Virus record (IMG/VR): IMGVR_UViG_3300031825_000044
Location: 1-39,112 of that record
Strand: one strand, 5' to 3'
DNA: 39,112 nucleotides
Source: a virus
This document shows, in pieces, positions 25,016-33,248 of the stretch. A program made the translations under genes and the position numbers. Each line of letters opens with the position of its first letter. Within the stretch, counting starts at the first letter, position 1. The notes beneath the pieces are model-generated. The model saw only the letters and a list, made by a program, of their open reading frames with translations, was not told where the DNA came from and made no database searches.

Positions 25016-27226
25016 TTATTGTTGGGGTAATGGAGCTGCGGCTTGTGGTTGCGGGCTGGAATCGGTGACAGTGGGCAGCCCCATTGCATAGGCTGCCGCT
25101 GGATCGATCGTAGGCGGATTGACGTCTTCTCCCGGATTCGGGGCCGTTAGCACTTCAGTACCGAGCTTTTCGGCAATGAGGCCGAGGATGTTGGGATCGA
25201 GTGCGCCCAAGATCGACTTGAGGCGATCCGTCTCGGCCTTGAATGCAGCCGTGATGGCCTCGCGCTCGTTCTCCATGCGCAGCGCCAGGTGATTGAGTGC
25301 CTCCATGTCCAGGCGCCGATTCTCGATGTCCAGCGCGCGGTCCTTTTCAGCCAGCGCCTCCGATAGTTGCTTGACCATATCCGCCGCGGCTTGCAGCTGC
25401 TGCAGCAATTGCTGCTCCTTCGGCGTGGGGCCATCTCCAACCACCCCCGGGTTCGTAGCATTGATCCAGTTACGCATGCGCTCACGCAACTTGTCGGCAA
25501 TCGGGAAGTCAGCCACCGCCATATAGAGGTCGCCGATGACTTGGGCCATCGCCGGATTGGCAACGATCAGATTCGTGAGCGCTTCAAAAGCTTCTTCGCG
25601 CTTGGTGTCATAGCTCGGGCCAGGATCCACAACCACTTCATAGCGGCCGACATTCGGATTGAAGCTTGCATTGACACGATTCTCTTGCGCGACTTTTTCC
25701 ATGCGAAGCGCTTCGGTTTGCTTCGGGTCGATGACCACTGTCTGCTGCTCGCCATCCTCGGCCATGATGCGCAGCACGCGCCGCGTGTCATATACCTTCG
25801 GAATCAGGTCGACCAGTTGAACACCAGTAAAGCGCAACGCATCGTTCAGCGCATCCGGGAAATGGAACGTTACGCGCTCGCCCTGCTTCTGGCGCTTCGT
25901 GATCGATACCCCGCTAATCTCGTTGCCCTGTTCGCTGAAAGTGGCCTCATATTGGCCGCTCGACATCATCAGCTCGCGCTCAGCTACCTGCATGCCCTCA
26001 AGATAGGCCGGAGAACTGTTCGGCGGCTGCTGACGTTGCGGAGGCGGGATGGCGTTGCCATTTTCGTCCGCATGGTTGTATGGCAGATAAGCGTGGTTCT
26101 GCGTGTTCGCAGTTGCCCAATAGTTCTCAAGCCCCTCGATGGCTTCGACAGGGGCTGTCCACGGCGATTTGCTCTGCAACGCACCATATTCCAGTGCTGC
26201 GGATGCGTTGTAGTTGTAGGCGCGCTGCGCATCCTTCTGATACCGGATAAGGCCCTTTCGATCAAGGCGCCCTTCGATGACGATCTCCTCGCCTGGCACG
26301 CGGATGATGGGGACATAGGCGCCAGGCCAAATCCCCTTTTCTGCGATGGCGTTCCCGGCGATCACATAGAGGCGCACCGTCTTCTTGTCGACGCGGCGAC
26401 GCATGACAACTTCCGAATCTTCCCGATGGGCCGCAGCATACAGTGCACGCTCGTTTGCCTCCATCTCGGACTCACGAACAAAGCGCATGCTTCCATCATC
26501 GTTCGGAATGGCATAGAGCCATTCCTTGCGCGTCTCGACCTCGTAGTAGTTCGCCGTGCGGACCGTATCCTTCATGATCCATGACTGCACGCCATTGTTA
26601 TCGGCGCCCATTGGAATCTTCACACGGGGGTACTTGTCCTCGAACTTGTCGCGCGGCATATCTTCGTAGATAAAGCCGAAGCGTGCATCGGAGCCATCGA
26701 GGTTCTTGATGTGCGGATCTAGGTACACCGAAAGAGGATCGGGCACCTGCTTGATGCGGATCTCCTGATCGAAGCTATTGTCATCAGCGTATTCGGTCAC
26801 AAGGCGCCAATAGCCAATGCCCGCGCCCACTTGGAACTGTGCTGCGATCTTGTAGGCAGTCGCTGCCTGTGATTTCACCTGGATATGCCGGATCACGGCA
26901 CCATAGATCTGCGCCGATTCATAAGTCGCTTCATCGCCAGTTGGCTTGACCGTGATCGCCGGCAGATTTTCCTTCATCTGATTGACCACATGCAGCCAAT
27001 GCGTATGCACTTTGTTGATCGTCACCATCGGCAGCCCAGAGATCTGGCGACGTGCGCGCACTGCTGCATCCCATTGCGCCTGATTGTCCGGGTCGGCATA
27101 CAAGAATTCGACATCGTTCTTGAAGCGCTGACGAGCGTCGCCCTCCCACTCCTGCGCTTCCTTGAAGCGACGATGGGCGCGCGCAATAATGTCTTCGTCT
27201 TTATCTGCCATGTTTAGCCCATCCAT
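25016..27226 (-). CDS. portal protein (736 aa; alternative ATG at 27211)
   Basis: Size, position immediately after TerL, and the N-terminus ...ADKDEDIIARAHRRFKEAQEWEGDARQRFKNDVEFLY, which is typical of P22-type portals. Confidence 0.85.
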   Translation of the reverse strand: MDGLNMADKDEDIIARAHRRFKEAQEWEGDARQRFKNDVEFLYADPDNQAQWDAAVRARRQISGLPMVTINKVHTHWLHVVNQMKENLPAITVKPTGDEATYESAQIYGAVIRHIQVKSQAATAYKIAAQFQVGAGIGYWRLVTEYADDNSFDQEIRIKQVPDPLSVYLDPHIKNLDGSDARFGFIYEDMPRDKFEDKYPRVKIPMGADNNGVQSWIMKDTVRTANYYEVETRKEWLYAIPNDDGSMRFVRESEMEANERALYAAAHREDSEVVMRRRVDKKTVRLYVIAGNAIAEKGIWPGAYVPIIRVPGEEIVIEGRLDRKGLIRYQKDAQRAYNYNASAALEYGALQSKSPWTAPVEAIEGLENYWATANTQNHAYLPYNHADENGNAIPPPQRQQPPNSSPAYLEGMQVAERELMMSSGQYEATFSEQGNEISGVSITKRQKQGERVTFHFPDALNDALRFTGVQLVDLIPKVYDTRRVLRIMAEDGEQQTVVIDPKQTEALRMEKVAQENRVNASFNPNVGRYEVVVDPGPSYDTKREEAFEALTNLIVANPAMAQVIGDLYMAVADFPIADKLRERMRNWINATNPGVVGDGPTPKEQQLLQQLQAAADMVKQLSEALAEKDRALDIENRRLDMEALNHLALRMENEREAITAAFKAETDRLKSILGALDPNILGLIAEKLGTEVLTAPNPGEDVNPPTIDPAAAYAMGLPTVTDSSPQPQAAAPLPQQ

Positions 27227-28551
27227 TGGCCATTGAAGCGGCCGGTTTGCAGCGCATGGGGTTGTCGCTTCGGTTTGGCAAGTTCATGTTTCTTCGGTTC
27301 ACGAAGCGCGACGGCCATGTAGCCGAACGCATCCGCAGCATGGGATGCCCAATCGTGCAAAGGCGCATTGCTCAACTGCTTCGTCTCTTCATCCACGTCA
27401 TATCGGTAGTTGCGCAGTGCCGTAATGCCTTCCTCCGTGCGCTTCTCATCGAAGTAGATGAGCGGGAACATCAGGCGAGCAGCCTCGATACGGGTATCGA
27501 TTGAGGTCTTGGGAACCGTGCGCACCTTGAATCCGGCATCGCGTAGCTGTTGGGCTACAGTGCGAGCGGAAGCGAGCAGTTCATTGTTCGCATCGTGCGG
27601 CAGCCAGCAGTCCCCGAAGACATAGCGCTTGGCTTGCAGGTCGGGGATGTACTCTCCTATATGCTTGCCCACGCCTTCCATGTAGTCGATGACGCGATAC
27701 TCGAACGGCCCTAGCTGCGCGAACCAGATGGCCGTCTTGTCGGCGCGGCCCAAATCCCAGAAGAGATGCACTGGCTTGGACGGATCGTATGGCACACGCA
27801 TGATGCGATCAGCCGCGTCACGCAGCTCGCGCGCATAGACAGCGCCCATGATTGGGGCTTCAAACGAGCACATGAACTCTTGATCGAATAGGGCATTGCC
27901 CATTGCCTCGCCGAAGTCACGCACATATTCGGCACGAAGCTTTACGAGTTGCTCGAGTGTGTATTGCCCTGTCTCGTTGGCCGTCAGAATCTGCGCGAAG
28001 GCATCTTGATCGTCTTTGGCGCCTCTGAAGGTCGTATATGCATGGTTCTTGCCGCGTGGCGTGGTGATGAATATCTGCCAGCCGTTGTTCTCAGCGATGA
28101 TGGGGCGCAGGTATGCCTTTGCCGCCGGATTGGAAAGCGCCCACTCCGAATAGACAATGCCCACCGGAGGCGAGCCGACCATCGCGTTGTAATTGTCCGA
28201 TCCAAGAACCTGCCACGTCGAGCCATTGATGAACTCGATGTACATTTCTTGATCGTTCTTTTTGCTGCGGATCTCGAGCGGAAAGGCTTCGTCAATACGC
28301 TTCTTGCCAGTCCTCGGGTTGACCGCATTCCAGATCGCTTTGCGCGCCTGGGCTGCCATCGGGAGCATGTGCCAGTAGCTGCCGATGCGTTCGAAAGAAG
28401 CGACAGCAGTGCGATGAAGTGCGACCTCATCCTTGCCTGCGCGGCGGCTCCAGATCAACTCAGCATGCTTCCCGCCCTTTTCTAGATAGTCCCACGCAGG
28501 ACGCTGGTAAGGGCGCGGCTGCCATCCGTTAGGAAGTTGGATCGTCGCCAT
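27214..28551 (-). CDS. terL: terminase large subunit (445 aa)
   Basis: MATIQLPNGWQPRPYQRPAWDYL...LIWSRRAGKDEV is a Walker-A-like R-x-x-GK-D/S/T. The C-terminal nuclease part contains ...WLPHDA...HAADAFGY. Confidence 0.85.
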   Translation of the reverse strand: MATIQLPNGWQPRPYQRPAWDYLEKGGKHAELIWSRRAGKDEVALHRTAVASFERIGSYWHMLPMAAQARKAIWNAVNPRTGKKRIDEAFPLEIRSKKNDQEMYIEFINGSTWQVLGSDNYNAMVGSPPVGIVYSEWALSNPAAKAYLRPIIAENNGWQIFITTPRGKNHAYTTFRGAKDDQDAFAQILTANETGQYTLEQLVKLRAEYVRDFGEAMGNALFDQEFMCSFEAPIMGAVYARELRDAADRIMRVPYDPSKPVHLFWDLGRADKTAIWFAQLGPFEYRVIDYMEGVGKHIGEYIPDLQAKRYVFGDCWLPHDANNELLASARTVAQQLRDAGFKVRTVPKTSIDTRIEAARLMFPLIYFDEKRTEEGITALRNYRYDVDEETKQLSNAPLHDWASHAADAFGYMAVALREPKKHELAKPKRQPHALQTGRFNGQWMG

Positions 28552-28837
28552 TGCTACCTCCGAACTTCACGATTTGGATGGTGAGAGGCTGGCCACCTTC
28601 TCCCGTTACTTGAAGCGGCAAGAGCTTCGGATAGATGCTTCCCCAAAAGATACGTTCATTCGCTGGATCTTCTCTAGCCCAAGCCACTAGACGGTCAGCG
28701 CCACCGAGTTCTTCTGCCGCTTGAGCGATAGCATCCTTCGCCGCTTTGGTGGTTTTGTTCAACGCACCTTTAGGACGTCCTTTGCCAGCAGCAGGAGGTT
28801 TTCGAGTGACAATTTTTGTCACTTCTTTAGTGCTCAT
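28529..28837 (-). CDS. terS: putative terminase small subunit (102 aa)
   Basis: It has a basic N-terminus (RKPPAAGKGRPKGALNKTTK), lies directly upstream of TerL and overlaps it by 23 nt. Confidence 0.6.
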   Translation of the reverse strand: MSTKEVTKIVTRKPPAAGKGRPKGALNKTTKAAKDAIAQAAEELGGADRLVAWAREDPANERIFWGSIYPKLLPLQVTGEGGQPLTIQIVKFGGSNGDDPTS

Positions 28838-28841
28838 CGCG

Positions 28842-29015
28842 TTACTTCAGCGCTCCAGCAGAATGCCGAAACATGCGCACGCGCCACATGATGTCGTTGC
28901 ATGCAGCCTGTAGATACATGCGCCGCGCATCCTGTTCTTGGATCCGCGAGATTGCGCTGTCGCCCAACTTGCGACGCAATTCCATGCGGCGTTTAGCTGT
29001 GTCTGCGAAGGTCAT
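28842..29015 (-). CDS. hypothetical protein (57 aa)
   Basis: ATG 29015 overlaps the upstream TGA (ATGA). The track ORF 28842..29036 is a GTG extension. Confidence 0.55.
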   Translation of the reverse strand: MTFADTAKRRMELRRKLGDSAISRIQEQDARRMYLQAACNDIMWRVRMFRHSAGALK

Positions 29016-29353
29016 TTCGGATCCTTTAGTCCCCACCAGCAGATTCCAAAAAATTGAGAAACGATTTCCTCTCCGATGTAGAAAGAAAGGATCATTCCAT
29101 CTTCAAGGAGCCCGCGCTCTGCCTCAACTATGAATTCTTTCCCTTCATAATTCACGCTCCATGTGCGCAATTTTGTAGAATTCACAGCGCTTACCCGCAC
29201 AGTAGGGGCGCCGACAGCCATGTCTCTTCGATTAAAATCGAGCGCAATATCTTCGGCAGAATCTAATGCTTTCCGTGAAATATTTTCTTGATCCGGCTTG
29301 TAGCTTGCCACCTTCAATTGAATGGTAATGTCATATTCGATGATCGAAGACAT
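29012..29353 (-). CDS. hypothetical protein (113 aa; TTG-extended version runs to 29371)
   Basis: Track ORF in an A/T-richer segment. The first ATG is at 29353, 4 nt after the upstream stop. Confidence 0.6.
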   Translation of the reverse strand: MSSIIEYDITIQLKVASYKPDQENISRKALDSAEDIALDFNRRDMAVGAPTVRVSAVNSTKLRTWSVNYEGKEFIVEAERGLLEDGMILSFYIGEEIVSQFFGICWWGLKDPK

Positions 29354-29357
29354 GTTA

Positions 29358-29816
29358 TTAGTTATTCCCAATCAACTTGTTGGTGAATCCGTAGGGGAAC
29401 GAGATCCGCACCGATGCAGCAGTCAGCGCGACAGACAGCGAAGCAGCGATAGTCGTGCCTTTCTGCGATGAAGCCCAGAAAGCGCCTGGCGCGCTGGTCT
29501 GGCGGATGACAGTGGGGATTGCGGGGGAAGCAGGTGACGCCGGGATATAGGCGCGTAGCGTGGCGATGTTGCCGTCTACCGAGTCCGCGATGCTGATCAA
29601 CTCCATACCCGCAGCGCCGAGCGTGGCGATGGGATCAATCGTGATCTGAATGCCGGTGACGAAGACATACTTATATGCGGGCACCACTAGCATATTCTGT
29701 GGTGTCGTGCCCGAGGCTGAGTTCAGCGTGACTGCGGCAAACTTTGTCGGGATGAACTGCCCTTCCAATTGCTGAGGCGTGCCGCCGTAGTCGGCAAGCG
29801 AGACGAGCGCGGTCAT
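29358..29816 (-). CDS. hypothetical protein (152 aa)
   Basis: Track ORF. Its ATG overlaps the upstream TGA (29813-29816). Confidence 0.65.
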   Translation of the reverse strand: MTALVSLADYGGTPQQLEGQFIPTKFAAVTLNSASGTTPQNMLVVPAYKYVFVTGIQITIDPIATLGAAGMELISIADSVDGNIATLRAYIPASPASPAIPTVIRQTSAPGAFWASSQKGTTIAASLSVALTAASVRISFPYGFTNKLIGNN

Positions 29817-29989
29817 TTCTTGAGCCCCTTCAGCGTTTTGGCCAAGCGGGCGCGCTGCCCTTCCCTGCCCGGTTTCTTAGCGGCTGCATCCAGTTTCTTC
29901 GCGGGGATCTTTTCGCCCTTCTTGACGCCGAGTTCCTTGCGCAGACTGCCGGGCTTCTTCACCGCATCCTGGATCCAGTGCTTGGCCAT
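29813..29989 (-). CDS. small Lys-rich protein (58 aa), not in the ORF track
   Basis: ATG 29989 has GAGG 6 nt upstream. MAKHWIQDAVKKPGSLRKELGVKKGEKIPAKKLDAAAKKPGREGQRARLAKTLKGLKK. Its TGA overlaps the next ATG. Confidence 0.6.
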   Translation of the reverse strand: MAKHWIQDAVKKPGSLRKELGVKKGEKIPAKKLDAAAKKPGREGQRARLAKTLKGLKK

Positions 29990-30015
29990 ATCACGCCTCG
30001 ATGTGTGATGAAGAT

Positions 30016-30186
30016 TCAGCGGCTAGTGCCGCCCATCTTCGGTGCCGGTACACCATTCAACTTCACGGGTTCCGGCTTCGGTCCCGGAGGCGCTGCTACC
30101 TTCCCGCCTGCAGGCTTGGTGCGCGCGGATTGGGCGCAGTTGACGGCGGCGCTCATGGAGCCACCTTTCAGATCACTTTTCGACAT
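30016..30186 (-). CDS. small protein (56 aa), not in the ORF track
   Basis: ATG 30186 has GGAG 7 nt upstream. MSKSDLKGGSMSAAVNCAQSARTKPAGGKVAAPPGPKPEPVKLNGVPAPKMGGTSR. It is the first ORF after a 100-nt non-coding gap. Confidence 0.5.
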   Translation of the reverse strand: MSKSDLKGGSMSAAVNCAQSARTKPAGGKVAAPPGPKPEPVKLNGVPAPKMGGTSR

Positions 30187-30240
30187 TTCATAGCTCCAAT
30201 AGGTGAATCAGTGGCATAAATTGCCGCCTGTTCGATGTAG

Positions 30241-30269
30241 ATGATAGTTTGGTTGCTCACAACTTGCAA
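30241..30269 (-). promoter_or_regulatory. candidate sigma70-type promoter ahead of the packaging/structural operon
   Basis: The minus strand reads TTGCAA (30264-30269), a 17-nt spacer, then TATCAT (30241-30246). It lies inside the only sizeable A/T-rich gap (30187-30285) of the minus-strand operon upstream of terS. Confidence 0.4.
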
Positions 30270-30285
30270 ATGTCGGTAGCATCTG

Positions 30286-30552
30286 CTAACGCAATTCGAT
30301 AGTTGGGGGCCAAGGGCTTCCGCCTGCCTTGACCCATTGGTCATATGCATCCTTTGGTGATATGCCGTAGGCGTGGTAAGACCATGCGCCGGAGATCGTG
30401 CATTCCCACGCGTACCAGTACGCGGGTTCCACTGGAAACATCAGCATGAATGTCGGATAAATCACGCGCCGGATGTGCGGCTTCTTAATTTTCAGATGCG
30501 CATCGACCGCCTTCGAGAGGCGCAGAAGCGAAGCGATAGCAGGCCAGATCAT
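30286..30552 (-). CDS. hypothetical protein (88 aa)
   Basis: Track ORF, ATGA-coupled to the upstream gene (30549-30552). Confidence 0.6.
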   Translation of the reverse strand: MIWPAIASLLRLSKAVDAHLKIKKPHIRRVIYPTFMLMFPVEPAYWYAWECTISGAWSYHAYGISPKDAYDQWVKAGGSPWPPTIELR

Positions 30553-30782
30553 GTTTCCACCTCAAGTTTCTTTTGGAACCATCGACCTTGAGGGCCGCAT
30601 GTTTGTTCCAAATAAGCATCAAACCAACTTCCGTAGCGTTGTGTAGAGGCAAGATCCCATTTTCTTCTTATTGTTCCATTGAGAGGGTTCATCTTCAAAT
30701 TGAGTGTGGCATTGCATGTCGCAAACTCATAGCCTCCAAACATATCTTCTTCGCAAAACTTGCAGTCTTTACAGAGTTTCAT
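30549..30782 (-). CDS. Cys-rich hypothetical protein (77 aa), possible zinc binder
   Basis: MKLCKDCKFCEED...ATC...TC. ATGA-coupled at both ends. Confidence 0.6.
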   Translation of the reverse strand: MKLCKDCKFCEEDMFGGYEFATCNATLNLKMNPLNGTIRRKWDLASTQRYGSWFDAYLEQTCGPQGRWFQKKLEVET

Positions 30783-30892
30783 TTCCCCTCCCCATCACCA
30801 CCATCATCTCGCCCACCCATGAAGATAGCGAGACAGAAAGCGCCAACCGTGGCGCCGCCGAGAAATGCGAAGAAGTGTGTGAGGATGGTCAT
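30779..30892 (-). CDS. small membrane protein (37 aa)
   Basis: ATG 30892 overlaps the upstream TGA. MTILTHFFAFLGGATVGAFCLAIFMGGRDDGGDGEGK. It is the C-terminal part of track ORF 30779..31102. Confidence 0.5.
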   Translation of the reverse strand: MTILTHFFAFLGGATVGAFCLAIFMGGRDDGGDGEGK

Positions 30893-31200
30893 GGCTTGTC
30901 CTTGTGGGCTTTGAGAAATTCCCTCGCTTCCTTCACCGACAGCATGTCGCGAACGAAGCGACGGTCGTTGGGTGGATAGCCTTGGTAGCGATGGCATACC
31001 TGCTCTTCGAGTTCTTCGGCCAGGTCCTCCATGACGGTGCGCCAGCCATCCGGTGCGGCATGGGGATGACGGCGCGCGGCTTGCCACCCCTTCCACGCCC
31101 ATATGCCGGGCAGGCTATAGATACCCCAGCCGCTGTCGTCCAGACCTTTGAATGCCGCTTCAAAAGCCTCGCGCTCCAGTTGCTCTGCGCTCTCAGTCAT
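30889..31200 (-). CDS. hypothetical protein (103 aa)
   Basis: ATG 31200 overlaps the upstream TGA. MTESAEQLEREAFEAAFKGLDDSGWG... Confidence 0.6.
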   Translation of the reverse strand: MTESAEQLEREAFEAAFKGLDDSGWGIYSLPGIWAWKGWQAARRHPHAAPDGWRTVMEDLAEELEEQVCHRYQGYPPNDRRFVRDMLSVKEAREFLKAHKDKP

Positions 31201-31532
31201 AGCAAGGTCCCTCCTGCGGCTTTGATCGCTGCGCGGATCGCCTCCGTTTTCGCGTTCGGCGCGCGCACCAAGAGAGTTGTAGTGTCTTGGTTTCTTTTCC
31301 ATTTTCGAAACTGGCCTTCAAATCCACCAACTTCTGTAGCGCCGTCTTCCTCATAGATTACGCCGCCCTCGATGAGCACCATGTCAGAATCATTGATCTT
31401 CGCTATGTCAAACTCGTCTACGAGATGATGATTTATGAAGACAATTTCATCCTCATGCCAGCGCCCATTCTTCCAGACCTTGGAGTCGTTGTAGAAGGCC
31501 TTGAATTCAAGGCCGCTAGTCTTGGTACTCAT
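31197..31532 (-). CDS. hypothetical protein (111 aa)
   Basis: ATG 31532 overlaps the upstream TGA. MSTKTSGLEFKAFYNDSKVWKNGRWHEDE... Confidence 0.6.
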   Translation of the reverse strand: MSTKTSGLEFKAFYNDSKVWKNGRWHEDEIVFINHHLVDEFDIAKINDSDMVLIEGGVIYEEDGATEVGGFEGQFRKWKRNQDTTTLLVRAPNAKTEAIRAAIKAAGGTLL

Positions 31533-31744
31533 GTCCCCTCTCCCTTTCCAAAGGCAACTCTCCACGCATCGCGGTAGTTGCGCGAAATGTCATCGATGAA
31601 TGTCCTGACCACTTCCGGTGCATATGCGACGGCGAACAGGAATGGAAACAGCGCCGGCAAGAGAATCATCACGAGAACCGCGTAGATCCTGGCGAGAGCG
31701 GGACGCCGATGGAGGCCGAAGCGCATGGGTCTCGTGGCCATCAT
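31529..31744 (-). CDS. small membrane protein (71 aa)
   Basis: ATG 31744 overlaps the upstream TGA. The TM helix is IYAVLVMILLPALFPFLFAVAYA. Confidence 0.55.
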   Translation of the reverse strand: MMATRPMRFGLHRRPALARIYAVLVMILLPALFPFLFAVAYAPEVVRTFIDDISRNYRDAWRVAFGKGEGT

Positions 31745-33003
31745 TCCGCTCCCTTGGCGATTGCAGCGTCGATACCCATATCGAGACTGGCCTTGTCGGT
31801 GTAGGTTTCGCCCAGAAAGCAGATCGGCCATCCCGAACCACAGAATTCGCGGTACCGCTCCGCATCGCGCTTGTCCTCGCTGGGCTGCTCTGCGGCCAGA
31901 AGGGCACGTTCAGCATTCCGGAAGTCAACCATGTGTACGCCATTGTTCAGCGCCAGGTTTTCCATGCCCATACGCAGATAATGCAGCGCATCCGTCAGCG
32001 CCTTGGCGCTCGGTTGCGGGGCGGCATGCTCGAACGCAGCGATTGAGTAAGGGCGGACCGACGAAGCGCTGGCGCCGCCGTCTCGCAGTGCGATGGCCTT
32101 CTGCGACGCAGAGATTACGCGTGTGGAGTCTTCCTCGTGCACCCATGCAATCGGCTCACTATGGTGCTGGGCGGCAGGGCGAGCGCCACACCAACAATAG
32201 CCGCACCATTCGCCGCCAAGCGCCCACAGGAACATGCAGAAGTTAGCCACGTCGCGCGGGTCGCCTTTTTCAACGTGTTCGCGCAGCATGCGAGACAGGT
32301 CGGCAGGGTCGCATTGCTCCCATCCGCCGCGGCCTTTTGCGCGAGATTTGGCCAACTTCGCCTTCATAGCGACAGCGAAGCGGTCTACCTCAACATCGTC
32401 TGGATGTTGCTCCGCCAACGCGGCCTTCAGGTGTGACCAATCAGAGGGCGGATCGCAAGAGTTATCACTGCATTCCATTGACTCGATATGTTCAATTGCT
32501 TCTGCCAGCGCCTCCCGGAGCGATACGTTCACCGGATCATCCGTCAGCGCGACAGGCGATGCGCTCGGCGCAGGGGCGGCGGCCTCTGCTGCTTCGGCTC
32601 GTTGGATCGCCGCATCGCGCTGGTAGCGCATGCTCAGGCTTTCGCGCTCGGCTTCCTCCAGCGCGTGCGCCCATCCACCTATCGGCTCCGCCTGTTGCTC
32701 GCTCAGCGCAGGGGCGGCGTCCGGTTGCTCCATGAACTCGGCCATCGCGGCATAGTCGGTATCGTCCCACACGGCGCCCAAGCCACCGCACTCACGGCAT
32801 CCATTGCCCAGCTCGCAGCCAAAGACATCGCTGTGGGCGTACTTCTGTGTCGGGCGGCCGTCCTCGGTGTCGTAGCATCCCGTGCATGGCGTCCAGAAAC
32901 CGCCGCCGTCGGCGACCGTCTCGGCCACCGCCCGCAGCTCTACCGGCAATTGGTCCGCCTGTTGCGCGCCGGCGCTCTGCATATCCTTTCCATCAATCAT
33001 CAT
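31741..33003 (-). CDS. large early hypothetical protein (420 aa) with a CxxC...CxxC cluster
   Basis: ATG 33003 overlaps the upstream TGA. FWTPCTGCYDTEDG...FGCELGNGCRECGG looks zinc-ribbon-like. The central part is ...KGRGGWEQCDPADLSRMLREHVEKGDPRDVANFCMFLW. Confidence 0.65.
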   Translation of the reverse strand: MMIDGKDMQSAGAQQADQLPVELRAVAETVADGGGFWTPCTGCYDTEDGRPTQKYAHSDVFGCELGNGCRECGGLGAVWDDTDYAAMAEFMEQPDAAPALSEQQAEPIGGWAHALEEAERESLSMRYQRDAAIQRAEAAEAAAPAPSASPVALTDDPVNVSLREALAEAIEHIESMECSDNSCDPPSDWSHLKAALAEQHPDDVEVDRFAVAMKAKLAKSRAKGRGGWEQCDPADLSRMLREHVEKGDPRDVANFCMFLWALGGEWCGYCWCGARPAAQHHSEPIAWVHEEDSTRVISASQKAIALRDGGASASSVRPYSIAAFEHAAPQPSAKALTDALHYLRMGMENLALNNGVHMVDFRNAERALLAAEQPSEDKRDAERYREFCGSGWPICFLGETYTDKASLDMGIDAAIAKGAE

Positions 33004-33248
33004 GACTTCCTCCTGGCACGATAGGTAGGCCGCGGTTCGCCCCAAACCGAGTACATCTCAGGGGCATCCCCATCGGGGGACACGGCTACAAGAGCCATTC
33101 CGCCCGAGGCAACCGGGTATTCAGCGCTGCGTGCCTCGTAGATTTCCATGAACAGAGCTGCCGCCTGCTCGGCGTCGTACGCGCCCATGTCGCGGCCGTC
33201 CTCGCGGTCCTGGCCGTACTCGGGAAGCCAGCAGCGGAACTTAGTCAT
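33000..33248 (-). CDS. hypothetical protein (82 aa)
   Basis: ATG 33248 overlaps the upstream gene by 8 nt. MTKFRCWLPEYGQDREDGRDMGAYDAEQAAALFME... Confidence 0.55.
   Translation of the reverse strand: MTKFRCWLPEYGQDREDGRDMGAYDAEQAAALFMEIYEARSAEYPVASGGMALVAVSPDGDAPEMYSVWGEPRPTYRARRKS

Noticed and set aside
25367-26584. 405-aa ORF antisense to the portal gene, plus similar long antisense ORFs at 12467-13198, 19703-20437, 21311-22084 and 35372-36283
   Set aside because: They have low-complexity Arg/Leu/His-rich translations and no start context, and each lies opposite a well-supported gene in a tightly coupled operon.
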